Shown: positions 34,008 through 43,730 of the stretch, in pieces
Layout of the letters: every line of letters begins with the position of its first letter
Position numbering within the stretch: position 1 is the stretch's first letter
DNA from: Endomicrobiales bacterium
GTDB taxonomy: Bacteria > Elusimicrobiota > Endomicrobiia > Endomicrobiales > JALOBY01
DNA: 64,000 bases
Assembly (NCBI GenBank): GCA_963796955.1
Contig: CAWCNJ010000003.1
Location: 76,037-140,036 of the forward strand
Direction: 5' to 3'
Notes under the pieces: generated by a model
Told to the model about the DNA's origin: nothing
Seen by the model: the letters and a program-made list of their open reading frames with translations, nothing else
Database searches by the model: none
Translations under genes and position numbers: made by a program

Positions 34008-36257
34008 ATGTTCCTAACTGCACGAGCTAAAACCAAACAAAAAGCCTCCAACGGTCCCAGCCGGGAGATAATCGGCATCATCTTGATCGTTGTCTCGCTG
34101 ATGCTGGGATACTGCGTGATCGTTCCGCAGCAGTCCGGTGCGTTCGGTACCGCGCTGGCCAGGATATTCGGGTTGTTATTCGGCGGTACTGCCTTTTTGT
34201 TCCCGGTTCTTTTAGCATGGCTCGGCTATGTGCATCTGAAGGCAGAGCTAAAACTGCATCTGCGGATGGATACGATCTGGTCCCTGCTGATGCTGGTGTG
34301 CGCAGCAAGCTTCATGTCGCTTGTCGGTATCAATTTTTTTCAATCCAACTACGGCGGGTGGTTCGGTCTTCACCTGAGCCCCGTCTTCCGGCGCCTGTTC
34401 GGCCTTAACCTCTCTCTCGTTATTACCGCCGGTATTTTTATTTACACCGCAAGCCTTTTTTTCCGTATTTCTCTGCGGGAGCTGTTCTCCGGTTTATGGC
34501 AGAACCTGGTTTCGGATTACGAACACTGGCAGGCTGCACGCCGCGACCTGAAGCCAGAGGCGCCGCAACCGCCGAAGATCCGCGAAAGGAAGCCGGAACA
34601 GAAGACCCTGGACCTGCCTGAAACCCGGCAGGCTAAGCCTGAGATCAGGCCCGAGATAAAGAACGAGCCGCCCAGAATAGTATCGCCCAAATCACTTAAT
34701 CAGCCGATCTCGGTAAAGCCCAAACCCGCCGACAGCAAAGCGCAGGTCTCTGCTCCTGCAGGCACGGGTGTGCCCGCAGGCTACCAGTTGCCGCCGCTCG
34801 ATCTGCTTAATTTCACGAAGCAGGGAAAATCCGACGGACACGCCGATCACCTGGCAAAAGCCGAACTGCTCACAAAAACGCTGGCGGATTTCGATATAAC
34901 CGCCCGCGTCATTGAGATAATCCCCGGGCCCGTTGTTACCCGCTACGATCTGGAACTGGCGCCCGGCATAAAGGTGCAAGCGGTCACCAACATCAGCGAA
35001 AATCTTTCGCTGGTCATGAGAACGCCCTCGATACGGGTCGTCGCGGTCCCCGAGAAATCTGCCGTCGGCATAGAAGTGCCGAACACCAATAGCTCTATCG
35101 TCGGGCTCAGGGATATCCTCTCAGGGCCGGAATTCCAAAATAAGCATTCCAGACTTGCGTTAGGGCTTGGGAAAACGACCGACGGCATGCCGAGCGTCGC
35201 GGACCTTATGCCGATGCCGCATCTGCTGATAGCAGGTGCCACCGGATCGGGGAAATCCGTCGGTATACACAGCATCATACTCTCGATCTTATACAAAGCC
35301 CGGCCCGATGAAGTTAAATTCATGCTGATAGACCCAAAACGCCTTGAAATGCCGACGTACCGCGGACTGCCGCACCTGTATAACCCGCGCGTAAGCTACG
35401 ATAAAGTAGATATCATCACCCAGCCGAAAGATGCGGCGGATTCGCTGAAGAAGCTGACCAGGGTCATGGAAAAGCGGTACGAAAAGTTCGCGAAAGAAGC
35501 GGTAAGGAACATAGAAGGGTATAACGAAAAAATGGCCGAACGCGGCCTGCCGAAAGAATTCTATATTGTGGTGATCATAGACGAGCTTGCCGACCTGATG
35601 TCGGTGGCGAGCAAGGATATTGAAGATTCCATTCAACGTCTGGCGCAAATGGCGCGGGCGGTCGGTATCCACCTGATCCTGGCGACACAGCGTCCGTCGG
35701 TGGATGTGATAACCGGCGTTATCAAAGCCAATTTTCCGGCCCGGATCGCCTTCCAGACGACTTCCAAGGTTGACTCCAGGGTCGTGCTGGATATCGTCGG
35801 CGCGGAAGCGTTGCTCGGCCGGGGGGACATGCTGTTCCTGCCGCCCGGAGAATCGCGGCCCAGCCGTTTGCAGGGTGCTTTTGTATCGGTAAAAGAAGCC
35901 GAAAAAGTGGTCAAGTTCATCCTGGGTCAGGGTGTTACGCCGTATTACGAAGACCTTTTCGCGCGGCCGGCGGGAGAGTCGAAGGAATTCAATATTGACG
36001 ACCCGGACGCGAAACAGGAGATGGCCGACCTGGTGCGTGCCCTGACCCTGGTGCAGGAACGCAAACGCGTCTCCCAGGACTTGTTGAAAGCGCTGTTCGG
36101 TTCCTCGGCGAAGGCGACCAATGTTTTGAGCCTGCTGGAAACGAAAGGCTTTATCCATAAGCCTGAGGGGACGAACCGCTGGACGATATATTTTGATAAA
36201 ATAGACGAGTACGTAAAGACCTACGGACCGGTAGTGGGGGTAGATGATGAAATGTAG
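34008..36257 (+). CDS. ftsK: DNA translocase FtsK/SpoIIIE
   Basis: It has N-terminal TM helices, a Pro-rich linker, Walker A (LIAGATGSGKSV), Walker B (VVIIDELADLM) and a C-terminal gamma wHTH. Confidence 0.95.
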   Translation: MFLTARAKTKQKASNGPSREIIGIILIVVSLMLGYCVIVPQQSGAFGTALARIFGLLFGGTAFLFPVLLAWLGYVHLKAELKLHLRMDTIWSLLMLVCAASFMSLVGINFFQSNYGGWFGLHLSPVFRRLFGLNLSLVITAGIFIYTASLFFRISLRELFSGLWQNLVSDYEHWQAARRDLKPEAPQPPKIRERKPEQKTLDLPETRQAKPEIRPEIKNEPPRIVSPKSLNQPISVKPKPADSKAQVSAPAGTGVPAGYQLPPLDLLNFTKQGKSDGHADHLAKAELLTKTLADFDITARVIEIIPGPVVTRYDLELAPGIKVQAVTNISENLSLVMRTPSIRVVAVPEKSAVGIEVPNTNSSIVGLRDILSGPEFQNKHSRLALGLGKTTDGMPSVADLMPMPHLLIAGATGSGKSVGIHSIILSILYKARPDEVKFMLIDPKRLEMPTYRGLPHLYNPRVSYDKVDIITQPKDAADSLKKLTRVMEKRYEKFAKEAVRNIEGYNEKMAERGLPKEFYIVVIIDELADLMSVASKDIEDSIQRLAQMARAVGIHLILATQRPSVDVITGVIKANFPARIAFQTTSKVDSRVVLDIVGAEALLGRGDMLFLPPGESRPSRLQGAFVSVKEAEKVVKFILGQGVTPYYEDLFARPAGESKEFNIDDPDAKQEMADLVRALTLVQERKRVSQDLLKALFGSSAKATNVLSLLETKGFIHKPEGTNRWTIYFDKIDEYVKTYGPVVGVDDEM

Positions 36258-36900
36258 ATATATATCCTTTTTTCTTTGTATAATGCTAACTGCTGGCAGC
36301 GCGATCGCTACGACGCTGGAAGATGTCATGAAATTAGTGCAGGCGGCGGACAAGAACATCACGACCCTGCAATTCGGCTACCGGCAGGAGATATCGTACA
36401 CCCTGACGAACGAAAAACAGGTAAACACCGGCACCGTCTCTTTTCTTAAACCGGATTCTCTGTACCTTACCCAGACAAAGCCTTTGGAACAGACCATCGT
36501 TGCCGACGGCAAGAAGGTATGGATCTATACGCCGTCGTACAAGCAGGTTATAGAAGACGACTGGAAGAAATGGGCCAACAACAGCATGGTGCCGGCCTCG
36601 CTCGTGAATTTCGGAAAGGGTTGGGACGATCTTAAAAAACAATATACTTTTTCCTATATGGGCAGCGAAGGTACCGATTATATCCTGTCGCTGACGCCCG
36701 CCGCCGGGAAAAAGAATAATCTATTCGAGATAATGCTCTGGATAAATTCTGCCAGCGGGATGCCGGTGCGTATCGTTTTAAAAGGGGAGAATGTTTCCGT
36801 CACAACGCAGATCATGGATCAGAAGATCAATCCAACGCTTGATAAAAAAATCTTCAAATTTACCGCGCCCCCGGGCGTGGAATCGCTTAAAATCAATTAA
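36244..36900 (+). CDS. lolA: LolA-like outer-membrane lipoprotein carrier/sorting protein
   Basis: A signal peptide is followed by LQFGYRQE...GTVSFLKPDSLYLTQTKPLEQTIVADGKKVWIYTP. The ftsK-lolA synteny matches that in proteobacteria. Confidence 0.7.
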   Translation: MMKCRYISFFLCIMLTAGSAIATTLEDVMKLVQAADKNITTLQFGYRQEISYTLTNEKQVNTGTVSFLKPDSLYLTQTKPLEQTIVADGKKVWIYTPSYKQVIEDDWKKWANNSMVPASLVNFGKGWDDLKKQYTFSYMGSEGTDYILSLTPAAGKKNNLFEIMLWINSASGMPVRIVLKGENVSVTTQIMDQKINPTLDKKIFKFTAPPGVESLKIN

Positions 36901-36914
36901 CACGGGAAGAAATT

Positions 36915-37622
36915 ATGAATGAGATAGGACAGATATTTAAAACCAAACGCCAGGAACTCGGTCTTACGATAGAAGATGTGAACCGCCAGATCTATGTGCC
37001 GGTTTCCTATATCAAGGCTGTGGAAGAAGGTGATATGTCTAAATTCCCGGCTGAAGTCTACTACACGGGAACGATACGTCGCTACGGTCTTCTGCTGGGC
37101 CTGAACACGGACGAGATAATCTCCCAATACAAGAACTCCAAGATCCAGGCGCAGGCGGTAGCGCGGAAGATAGAGAATGATAAGAAGGAATTCCCCTACA
37201 TCTATGTCGTGGCTGCACTGGCGCTGCTGGGGGGCATAGGTATTTTGTTCTTCGGCGGCACAAAGAAACAGGGGACCGAGGAAACCAGGCCCGCTGCGGT
37301 CGTAACGGCCGCGCCTGCGACCACGCAGCAGGTCGTACTGCAGCAGCAGGCGGTCGAGGAAGTTAAAAAATCACCGTTGGTGCTTGCGATATTAGGGACC
37401 AGCGGCAGCTGGGTACGGGTTTATGCCGACGAAGAAAAAGTCTTTGAGGGTGTTGTCGTGGGCGGGACCCTTAAAAAGTTCGGCGCAAAAAATAAATTCT
37501 CGCTTAAGATCGGCTACGTGCCGGGTATCACGGTCACATTGAATGAAAAATCGGTGAACCTCGCGGTCGGGGCACGGCAGGATATTAACGAGATCACTCT
37601 AACCAAAGAAAACCTGAAATAA
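36915..37622 (+). CDS. rodZ: RodZ-like cytoskeleton protein (XRE HTH + TM + DUF4115)
   Basis: The N-terminal HTH is IFKTKRQELGLTIEDVNRQIYVPVSYIKAVEEGD. There is a single TM helix, and the C-terminus is WVRVYADEEKVFEGVVVGG..FSLKIGYVPGITVTLN. Confidence 0.75.
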   Translation: MNEIGQIFKTKRQELGLTIEDVNRQIYVPVSYIKAVEEGDMSKFPAEVYYTGTIRRYGLLLGLNTDEIISQYKNSKIQAQAVARKIENDKKEFPYIYVVAALALLGGIGILFFGGTKKQGTEETRPAAVVTAAPATTQQVVLQQQAVEEVKKSPLVLAILGTSGSWVRVYADEEKVFEGVVVGGTLKKFGAKNKFSLKIGYVPGITVTLNEKSVNLAVGARQDINEITLTKENLK

Positions 37623-38926
37623 TGAACGTCTGCCTTTTTGTCCTCGGCTGCCCCAAGAACATCGTTGAAGGCGAGGGCATGGCAGCGTTGGTCACTAAGG
37701 CCGGACATGTGTTGACGACCGATATTTCCTCGGCGGACGCGGCGATAGTGCATACGTGCTCTTTTGTGCGCGACGCCAAACATGAATCCTGGTCCTATAT
37801 CCACAAATTGGCCGGGCTTAAGGCCGCGGGCCGGCTGAAAAAATTGATCGTGACGGGCTGCATGGCTCAGGAAGAGGGAAAAAAACTTCTCGAGATGACC
37901 CCGGAAATAGACGTGGTCCTCGGCACCGGCCAGCTGAGCCAGCTTGCAAAAACCCTCCTGCTGGACGAACCTTTTGTATCCTGTAAATCTCCGGGCGGTC
38001 TTCTTGAAGCTCAGCGAGGCCGTATTTTATCATCTTCCCTGCCAAGCACGTATATTCGTATCGCCGAGGGTTGTAACCACACCTGCTCTTTTTGCGTGAT
38101 ACCCTCATTGCGGGGCGCCTATCAAAGCCGCAGCAGCGCCTCTATCATGCGCGAGGCACAGGCGCTGGCGGCCGCCGGAGTTCAAGAACTTATTCTGGTC
38201 GCTCAGGATACTACTGTTTTCGGCCGCGATACTAACGGCGAACTTCTTCTTGCCGGACTTTTGAAGAGATTGAACTCTATTAAAGCGTTGCGCTGGATAC
38301 GGGTGATGTACGCCTACCCGAACACCGTTAACGTAAAACTACTGGACGCGCTCCGAGATCTGCCGAAAGTTTGTACGTACCTGGACATTCCTTTACAGCA
38401 TGCCAGTGACGCCGTTCTCAGGCGTATGGGCCGTCCGGTAAACGTTCGCGGAGTCGTTGAGCGTATCTCGCGTTCTGTACCGGGTATCAGCATCCGCACC
38501 GCCTTTATTGTGGGCTTTCCCGGTGAGACGGAAAAAGATTTCTCGCAGCTGCGCTCTCTAGTTAAAGAAGGCTGGTTCGAGCACGCCGGTGTTTTTGAAT
38601 ATTCTGACAACGAGAAGGCTCGTTCTCACGGTCTGGGGCCTGCCGTACCGGCCCGGATCGCGCGGCGCCGCCGTCGTGAACTGATACGTCTGCAAAACGC
38701 CGTTGTCAAAAAACGGAACAAAGCCCGTGTCGGGCAGGAACTTGAGGTTTTGATTGAAAGCGGCCGGAAGGGCGGTTTCTGGCAGGGCCGCGCCGCATTT
38801 CAAGCACCGGAAGTTGACTCGGTTGTTATTTGCAAAGGTGCACCTGGCCGGGCATACGCGGGACAATTCGTCAAGGTGCTGGTAAACGCCGCCAGAGATC
38901 TTGACCTGTATGGGGATATCGTATGA
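37622..38926 (+). CDS. rimO: Ribosomal protein S12 methylthiotransferase RimO (radical SAM MTTase)
   Basis: The N-terminal LGCPKN, the radical-SAM motif CNHTCSFCVIP and a C-terminal TRAM domain are present. Confidence 0.85.
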   Translation: MNVCLFVLGCPKNIVEGEGMAALVTKAGHVLTTDISSADAAIVHTCSFVRDAKHESWSYIHKLAGLKAAGRLKKLIVTGCMAQEEGKKLLEMTPEIDVVLGTGQLSQLAKTLLLDEPFVSCKSPGGLLEAQRGRILSSSLPSTYIRIAEGCNHTCSFCVIPSLRGAYQSRSSASIMREAQALAAAGVQELILVAQDTTVFGRDTNGELLLAGLLKRLNSIKALRWIRVMYAYPNTVNVKLLDALRDLPKVCTYLDIPLQHASDAVLRRMGRPVNVRGVVERISRSVPGISIRTAFIVGFPGETEKDFSQLRSLVKEGWFEHAGVFEYSDNEKARSHGLGPAVPARIARRRRRELIRLQNAVVKKRNKARVGQELEVLIESGRKGGFWQGRAAFQAPEVDSVVICKGAPGRAYAGQFVKVLVNAARDLDLYGDIV

Positions 38927-39555
38927 AGTTCAGCACGCTCACGCTTGCCAATCAACTGACGCTGATAAGGATATTCCTTGTCCCGTTCATGATATTATTC
39001 ATGTACATTGATAATATCTGGATGAGGATAGCGGCGCTGCTAATATTCATTATCGCGACGATCACCGATGTCTACAACGGCAGGATCGCGCGCAGGACGA
39101 ACACGGTCACTACGCTGGGAACCTTTCTTGACCCGCTGGCGGACAAGCTGATAATCTCCGCCGCACTCATCGCCTTTGTCGGCTTGAAAGAGATCACCGT
39201 GCCTGCCTGGATGGTAACCCTTATCATTTCCCGCGAATTCGTTATTACCGGCCTGCGCTCCATCGCTGATTCAAAGAACATCGTTATCCCGGCGTCAAAT
39301 CTGGGCAAATTCAAGACGGCTTCACAAAGCACCGCGATAATCGCTATCTTCATTATCCTGATCATCCGCTCCGCCTTGTGGCATTATACGCACGTGCATG
39401 CAGACTGGCTTTTGACCTTCGGCGGCTGGTACCGGGTCTGGGGCTGGTGTTTGTCAAAATTGCCGTATTGGCTTGTGCTGCTGGCGACGGTGGCCTCGGT
39501 CTATTCCGGTATCGCCTATATAAAAGAGCATAGCGCCACGCTGCGGGAAAACTAG
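38923..39555 (+). CDS. pgsA: CDP-diacylglycerol--glycerol-3-phosphate 3-phosphatidyltransferase
   Basis: The CDP-alcohol phosphatidyltransferase motif region is TDVYNGRIARRTNTVTTLGTFLDPLADKL. The second Asp of DxxDG is Asn here. The gene is followed by pgpA. Confidence 0.8.
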   Translation: MKFSTLTLANQLTLIRIFLVPFMILFMYIDNIWMRIAALLIFIIATITDVYNGRIARRTNTVTTLGTFLDPLADKLIISAALIAFVGLKEITVPAWMVTLIISREFVITGLRSIADSKNIVIPASNLGKFKTASQSTAIIAIFIILIIRSALWHYTHVHADWLLTFGGWYRVWGWCLSKLPYWLVLLATVASVYSGIAYIKEHSATLREN

Positions 39556-39559
39556 CTCA

Positions 39560-40012
39560 ATGAAAAGACTCATTCTTGTTCTTTCTAGCGGTTTCGGTAC
39601 AGGGTATCTGCCCGCCGCGCCGGGAACCTGGGGCACGCTTGCCGCGGCCGCGGTATACTGGTTTTTAGTGCCGAATAATCCCCTATTCGTTGCAGCGCTT
39701 GCGGTTATCGTATCGCTCCTGTCTGTGATCGTTTCCGGGGCGGCTGAAAGGATCTACGGTAAAACAGATGACAAGCGTATCGTTATCGATGAATGGGCCG
39801 GTTATTTTGTCTCTGTCCTTTTTCTTCCTCATACCCTGTGGTACTGCCTCGGCGCATTCATACTGTTCCGCGCGTTCGATATCTGGAAACCTGCCGGTAT
39901 AGCCTCGTTACAAAAACTGCCGGGCGGCTGGGGGGTTACGATAGACGATCTCGCGGCGGGCGCGGCTGCTAATATCGTTCTACAGGTAATTAAATGCGGA
40001 GTGCCACAATGA
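39560..40012 (+). CDS. pgpA: Phosphatidylglycerophosphatase A
   Basis: SGFGTGYLPAAPGTWGT... and FRAFDIWKP are present. Confidence 0.9.
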   Translation: MKRLILVLSSGFGTGYLPAAPGTWGTLAAAAVYWFLVPNNPLFVAALAVIVSLLSVIVSGAAERIYGKTDDKRIVIDEWAGYFVSVLFLPHTLWYCLGAFILFRAFDIWKPAGIASLQKLPGGWGVTIDDLAAGAAANIVLQVIKCGVPQ

Positions 40013-40644
40013 ACCTGCCCTATATCCTTGAAACCATCGTCGTTGGTGCGCTCGAAGTGAACTGCTACCTGCTTGCCGACGCAAAAACCCTTGAGTGCGC
40101 AGTCATAGATCCGGGGGACGACGGTGAAAAGATAATTGCGCGCATAAACGAACTGAAATTAAAGCCGGTCGCCATCATCAACACGCATTCGCATGCGGAC
40201 CACATAGGCGCGGATGCCGCGATCAAAAAAAGATTCGACATACCTATTATGATACACCGTGAGGATGCCCCCAATCTTTCTGTCCCGGAGCGAAACCTTT
40301 CTTCCTACGCCGGTGGAGCTTTCTCGGCACCCAATGCCGACCGCCTGCTTGAAGACGGTGACAGTATAACGGTGGGAAGTCTGCAATTGCGAGTTACGCA
40401 TGTACCGGGGCATTCAAAAGGGTGCATCGTACTCTCGGTAGAGGATCTGCTTTTTACCGGCGACACATTGTTCTGCGGCACCGTCGGCCGCACCGACCTT
40501 CCCGGCGGTTCCGACGATGAACTTAACCGGTCACTGAAGAAATTCAACGCCTTTCCCCGTACCATGCGCCTGCTGCCCGGCCACGAAAAACAATGCACCC
40601 TGGAAAAAGAATATGGCCATAATATCTTCCTTGGACGTCCCTGA
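40009..40644 (+). CDS. MBL-fold metallo-hydrolase (glyoxalase II-like)
   Basis: INTHSHADHIG (HxHxDH) and the later PGHS/GH motifs are present. ATG 40009 forms an ATGA overlap with the pgpA stop. Confidence 0.85.
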   Translation: MNLPYILETIVVGALEVNCYLLADAKTLECAVIDPGDDGEKIIARINELKLKPVAIINTHSHADHIGADAAIKKRFDIPIMIHREDAPNLSVPERNLSSYAGGAFSAPNADRLLEDGDSITVGSLQLRVTHVPGHSKGCIVLSVEDLLFTGDTLFCGTVGRTDLPGGSDDELNRSLKKFNAFPRTMRLLPGHEKQCTLEKEYGHNIFLGRP

Positions 40645-40658
40645 ACGGCGGAGCGTAC

Positions 40659-41552
40659 ATGCTTGACCCGAATCTGTATCTTAAAGAATTCGTAGTGTAC
40701 ATCACCGCGGAAAAGGGACTGGCGAAAAATTCCATTCTCTCTTATCGCAGCGACCTTAAAAACTACGTCGCGTACCTGAACAAAACCAAAAAAAACGTTG
40801 AAGCGGTCTCGCATCTGGAGCTGGGGGATTACCTCTGGGAAAGAAAGAATGCCGGCCTGCAGCCCAGATCCCTGTACCGGTTGATTGAAAGCCTGAGGCA
40901 GTTCTATAAATTCCTTATCGCGGAAGGTTACATTAAAAGCGATCCCACCGCGAACCTGCTGCCGCCGAAGATCCCTTTAAAGCTGCCAAATAAACTGAGC
41001 ATAGCCGAGGTAGAACGGCTGCTGAATGCTATCAGCGGCGACAATAGCAGGGAGATCCGTAACCGGGCGATGGTAGAGGTTATGTACGGCGCGGGGCTGC
41101 GGGTCTCTGAACTGGTCGGCTTAAGTGTCGACAGCGTTGATATGGCCCTCGGTTTTGTCCGGGTGTTCGGGAAAGGAAGTAAGGAACGGCTGGTGCCGCT
41201 GGGAAAGACCGCGCGCATATATATCAGGAAGTATCTCGAAGTGCGCAATGCCAACAAACGGGCTAAAGAAGGCGAGCCGGCGCTTTTCCTGAGCAAGCTG
41301 GGCCGTCCGCTCTCACGGATCGAGTTCTGGCGGCAGCTGAAGAATTACGCGAAAAAAGCCAATATAAGCAAACGCATGTATCCGCACACGCTGCGCCATT
41401 CATTCGCCTCGCACCTGCTTGCCAACGGCGCCGATATCCGGTTCGTTCAGGAAATGCTCGGCCACAGTTCTATTGCCACGACACAGATCTATACCCATAT
41501 AGACCGCGAACATTTAAAAGAGCTGCACAAACAATATCACCCCAGAGGATAA
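40659..41552 (+). CDS. xerD: Site-specific tyrosine recombinase XerD
   Basis: AMVEVMYGAGLRVSELVGL, GKGSKERLVPLG, LRHSFASHLLANGADIRFVQEMLGHSSIATTQIYTHI and the C-terminal LHKQYHPRG closely parallel E. coli XerD. Confidence 0.85.
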   Translation: MLDPNLYLKEFVVYITAEKGLAKNSILSYRSDLKNYVAYLNKTKKNVEAVSHLELGDYLWERKNAGLQPRSLYRLIESLRQFYKFLIAEGYIKSDPTANLLPPKIPLKLPNKLSIAEVERLLNAISGDNSREIRNRAMVEVMYGAGLRVSELVGLSVDSVDMALGFVRVFGKGSKERLVPLGKTARIYIRKYLEVRNANKRAKEGEPALFLSKLGRPLSRIEFWRQLKNYAKKANISKRMYPHTLRHSFASHLLANGADIRFVQEMLGHSSIATTQIYTHIDREHLKELHKQYHPRG

Positions 41553-41557
41553 CCGGT

Positions 41558-41833
41558 ATGTATTACGGCGGCGGAGAGATGGAAGACGTCATAGACCTGC
41601 ACGGCATGCGGGCCGAGGCAGCCGAACAGGCCCTGTATAGATTTATGAACGAAATGATCCGAAAACAAGCCCGCAAAGCCCTTATAATCCACGGCAAAGG
41701 TTCCGGTGTCCTGAAAGAAGTAACCGACGATTGCCTGCGGCAAAACGGATACGTAGAAAGATACTACACCGCCCCGCTTTCACACGGCGGCAGCGGTGCT
41801 ACCGTAGTCGAATTTAGTTATAACGCAAAATGA
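41558..41833 (+). CDS. Smr (MutS2 C-terminal-like) domain protein
   Basis: IDLHGMRAEAAEQALYRFMNEM...LIIHGKGSGVLKE. Confidence 0.8.
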   Translation: MYYGGGEMEDVIDLHGMRAEAAEQALYRFMNEMIRKQARKALIIHGKGSGVLKEVTDDCLRQNGYVERYYTAPLSHGGSGATVVEFSYNAK

Positions 41834-41855
41834 AACAGGGTTATACGGAGGTCCA

Positions 41856-42850
<995 letters not shown>

Positions 42851-42854
<4 letters not shown>

Positions 42855-43730
42855 AACTGCTCGATCCCGTCGCGCTTTCCAAAATAGCATCATTGCAGTT
42901 GCGGGCCCGCCACGTTGTGGACGGTCTTCTTTCAGGATCGCACCTGAGCCGCCTGCGCGGCCACTCGCTTGAATTCGCCCAGCACCGTGAATATGTTCGG
43001 GGCGACGAGCTCAAACATATTGACTGGAAGATGAACGGCCGCAGTGACCGCCTTTTCATCAAGCAATACCAGGATGAAACCAATCTCCGTTGTTGTATTT
43101 TGCTGGATGCATCCGGCTCCATGGGCTACGCATCGAAAGGGAATATTTCAAAGCTGGAATACGGCGCCATGGCCGCCGCCTCTTTATGCTACCTGTTATT
43201 CCAGCAGGGCGATGCGGCGGGTTTGGGCATATTCGACGATAATCTGCATACGTTCCTTCCTCCTATGCACCAGCAGTCATACCTTCCGCTCTTAAATGCC
43301 GCCCTGGAGAACGTAAAGCCCGGTGGTGATACGGGTATACATACCGCTCTCGCTGATGTTGCCCGCCGGCTGAAAAAACGCAGTATGGTGATCCTTGTTT
43401 CAGATCTTTTAGGCGACACAGGACAGATAATGCCGGCCTTGCGCCATCTGAGCGCGCGCCGCTACGATGTCATGGTCTTGCAGGTGCTTGACCCGCGGGA
43501 GATCGATTTTGATTTCTCGGGAGAGGCGCCTTTTTGTACCGCTTGAATCCGGAGCCAATGTACGGGCGGACGCAGACGAAATACGCGACGAATATCTGCA
43601 TGTGTTCGGGGAAGCCCAACAACAAAATGCCTCCGCCTTACGTTCGGCGAGGATCACACATTGTCTCGCTCAAACGAACGAGCCGGTCGAGACCGCGCTC
43701 GCACGATTGCTTTCCGGCGGGATGGTCTGA
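42851..43730 (+). pseudogene. DUF58 (VWA-like, MoxR partner) protein gene with a +1 frameshift in a T5 run
   Basis: The N-terminal part is GSHLSRLRGHSLEFAQHREYVRGDELKHIDWK..ILLDASGSMGY and stops at TGA 43544-46. The DUF58 C-terminus (..VPLESGANVRADADEIRDEY..) continues in the next frame to 43730. Removing one T from TTTTT (43531-35) gives SGEAPFVPLESGA. Confidence 0.75.
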
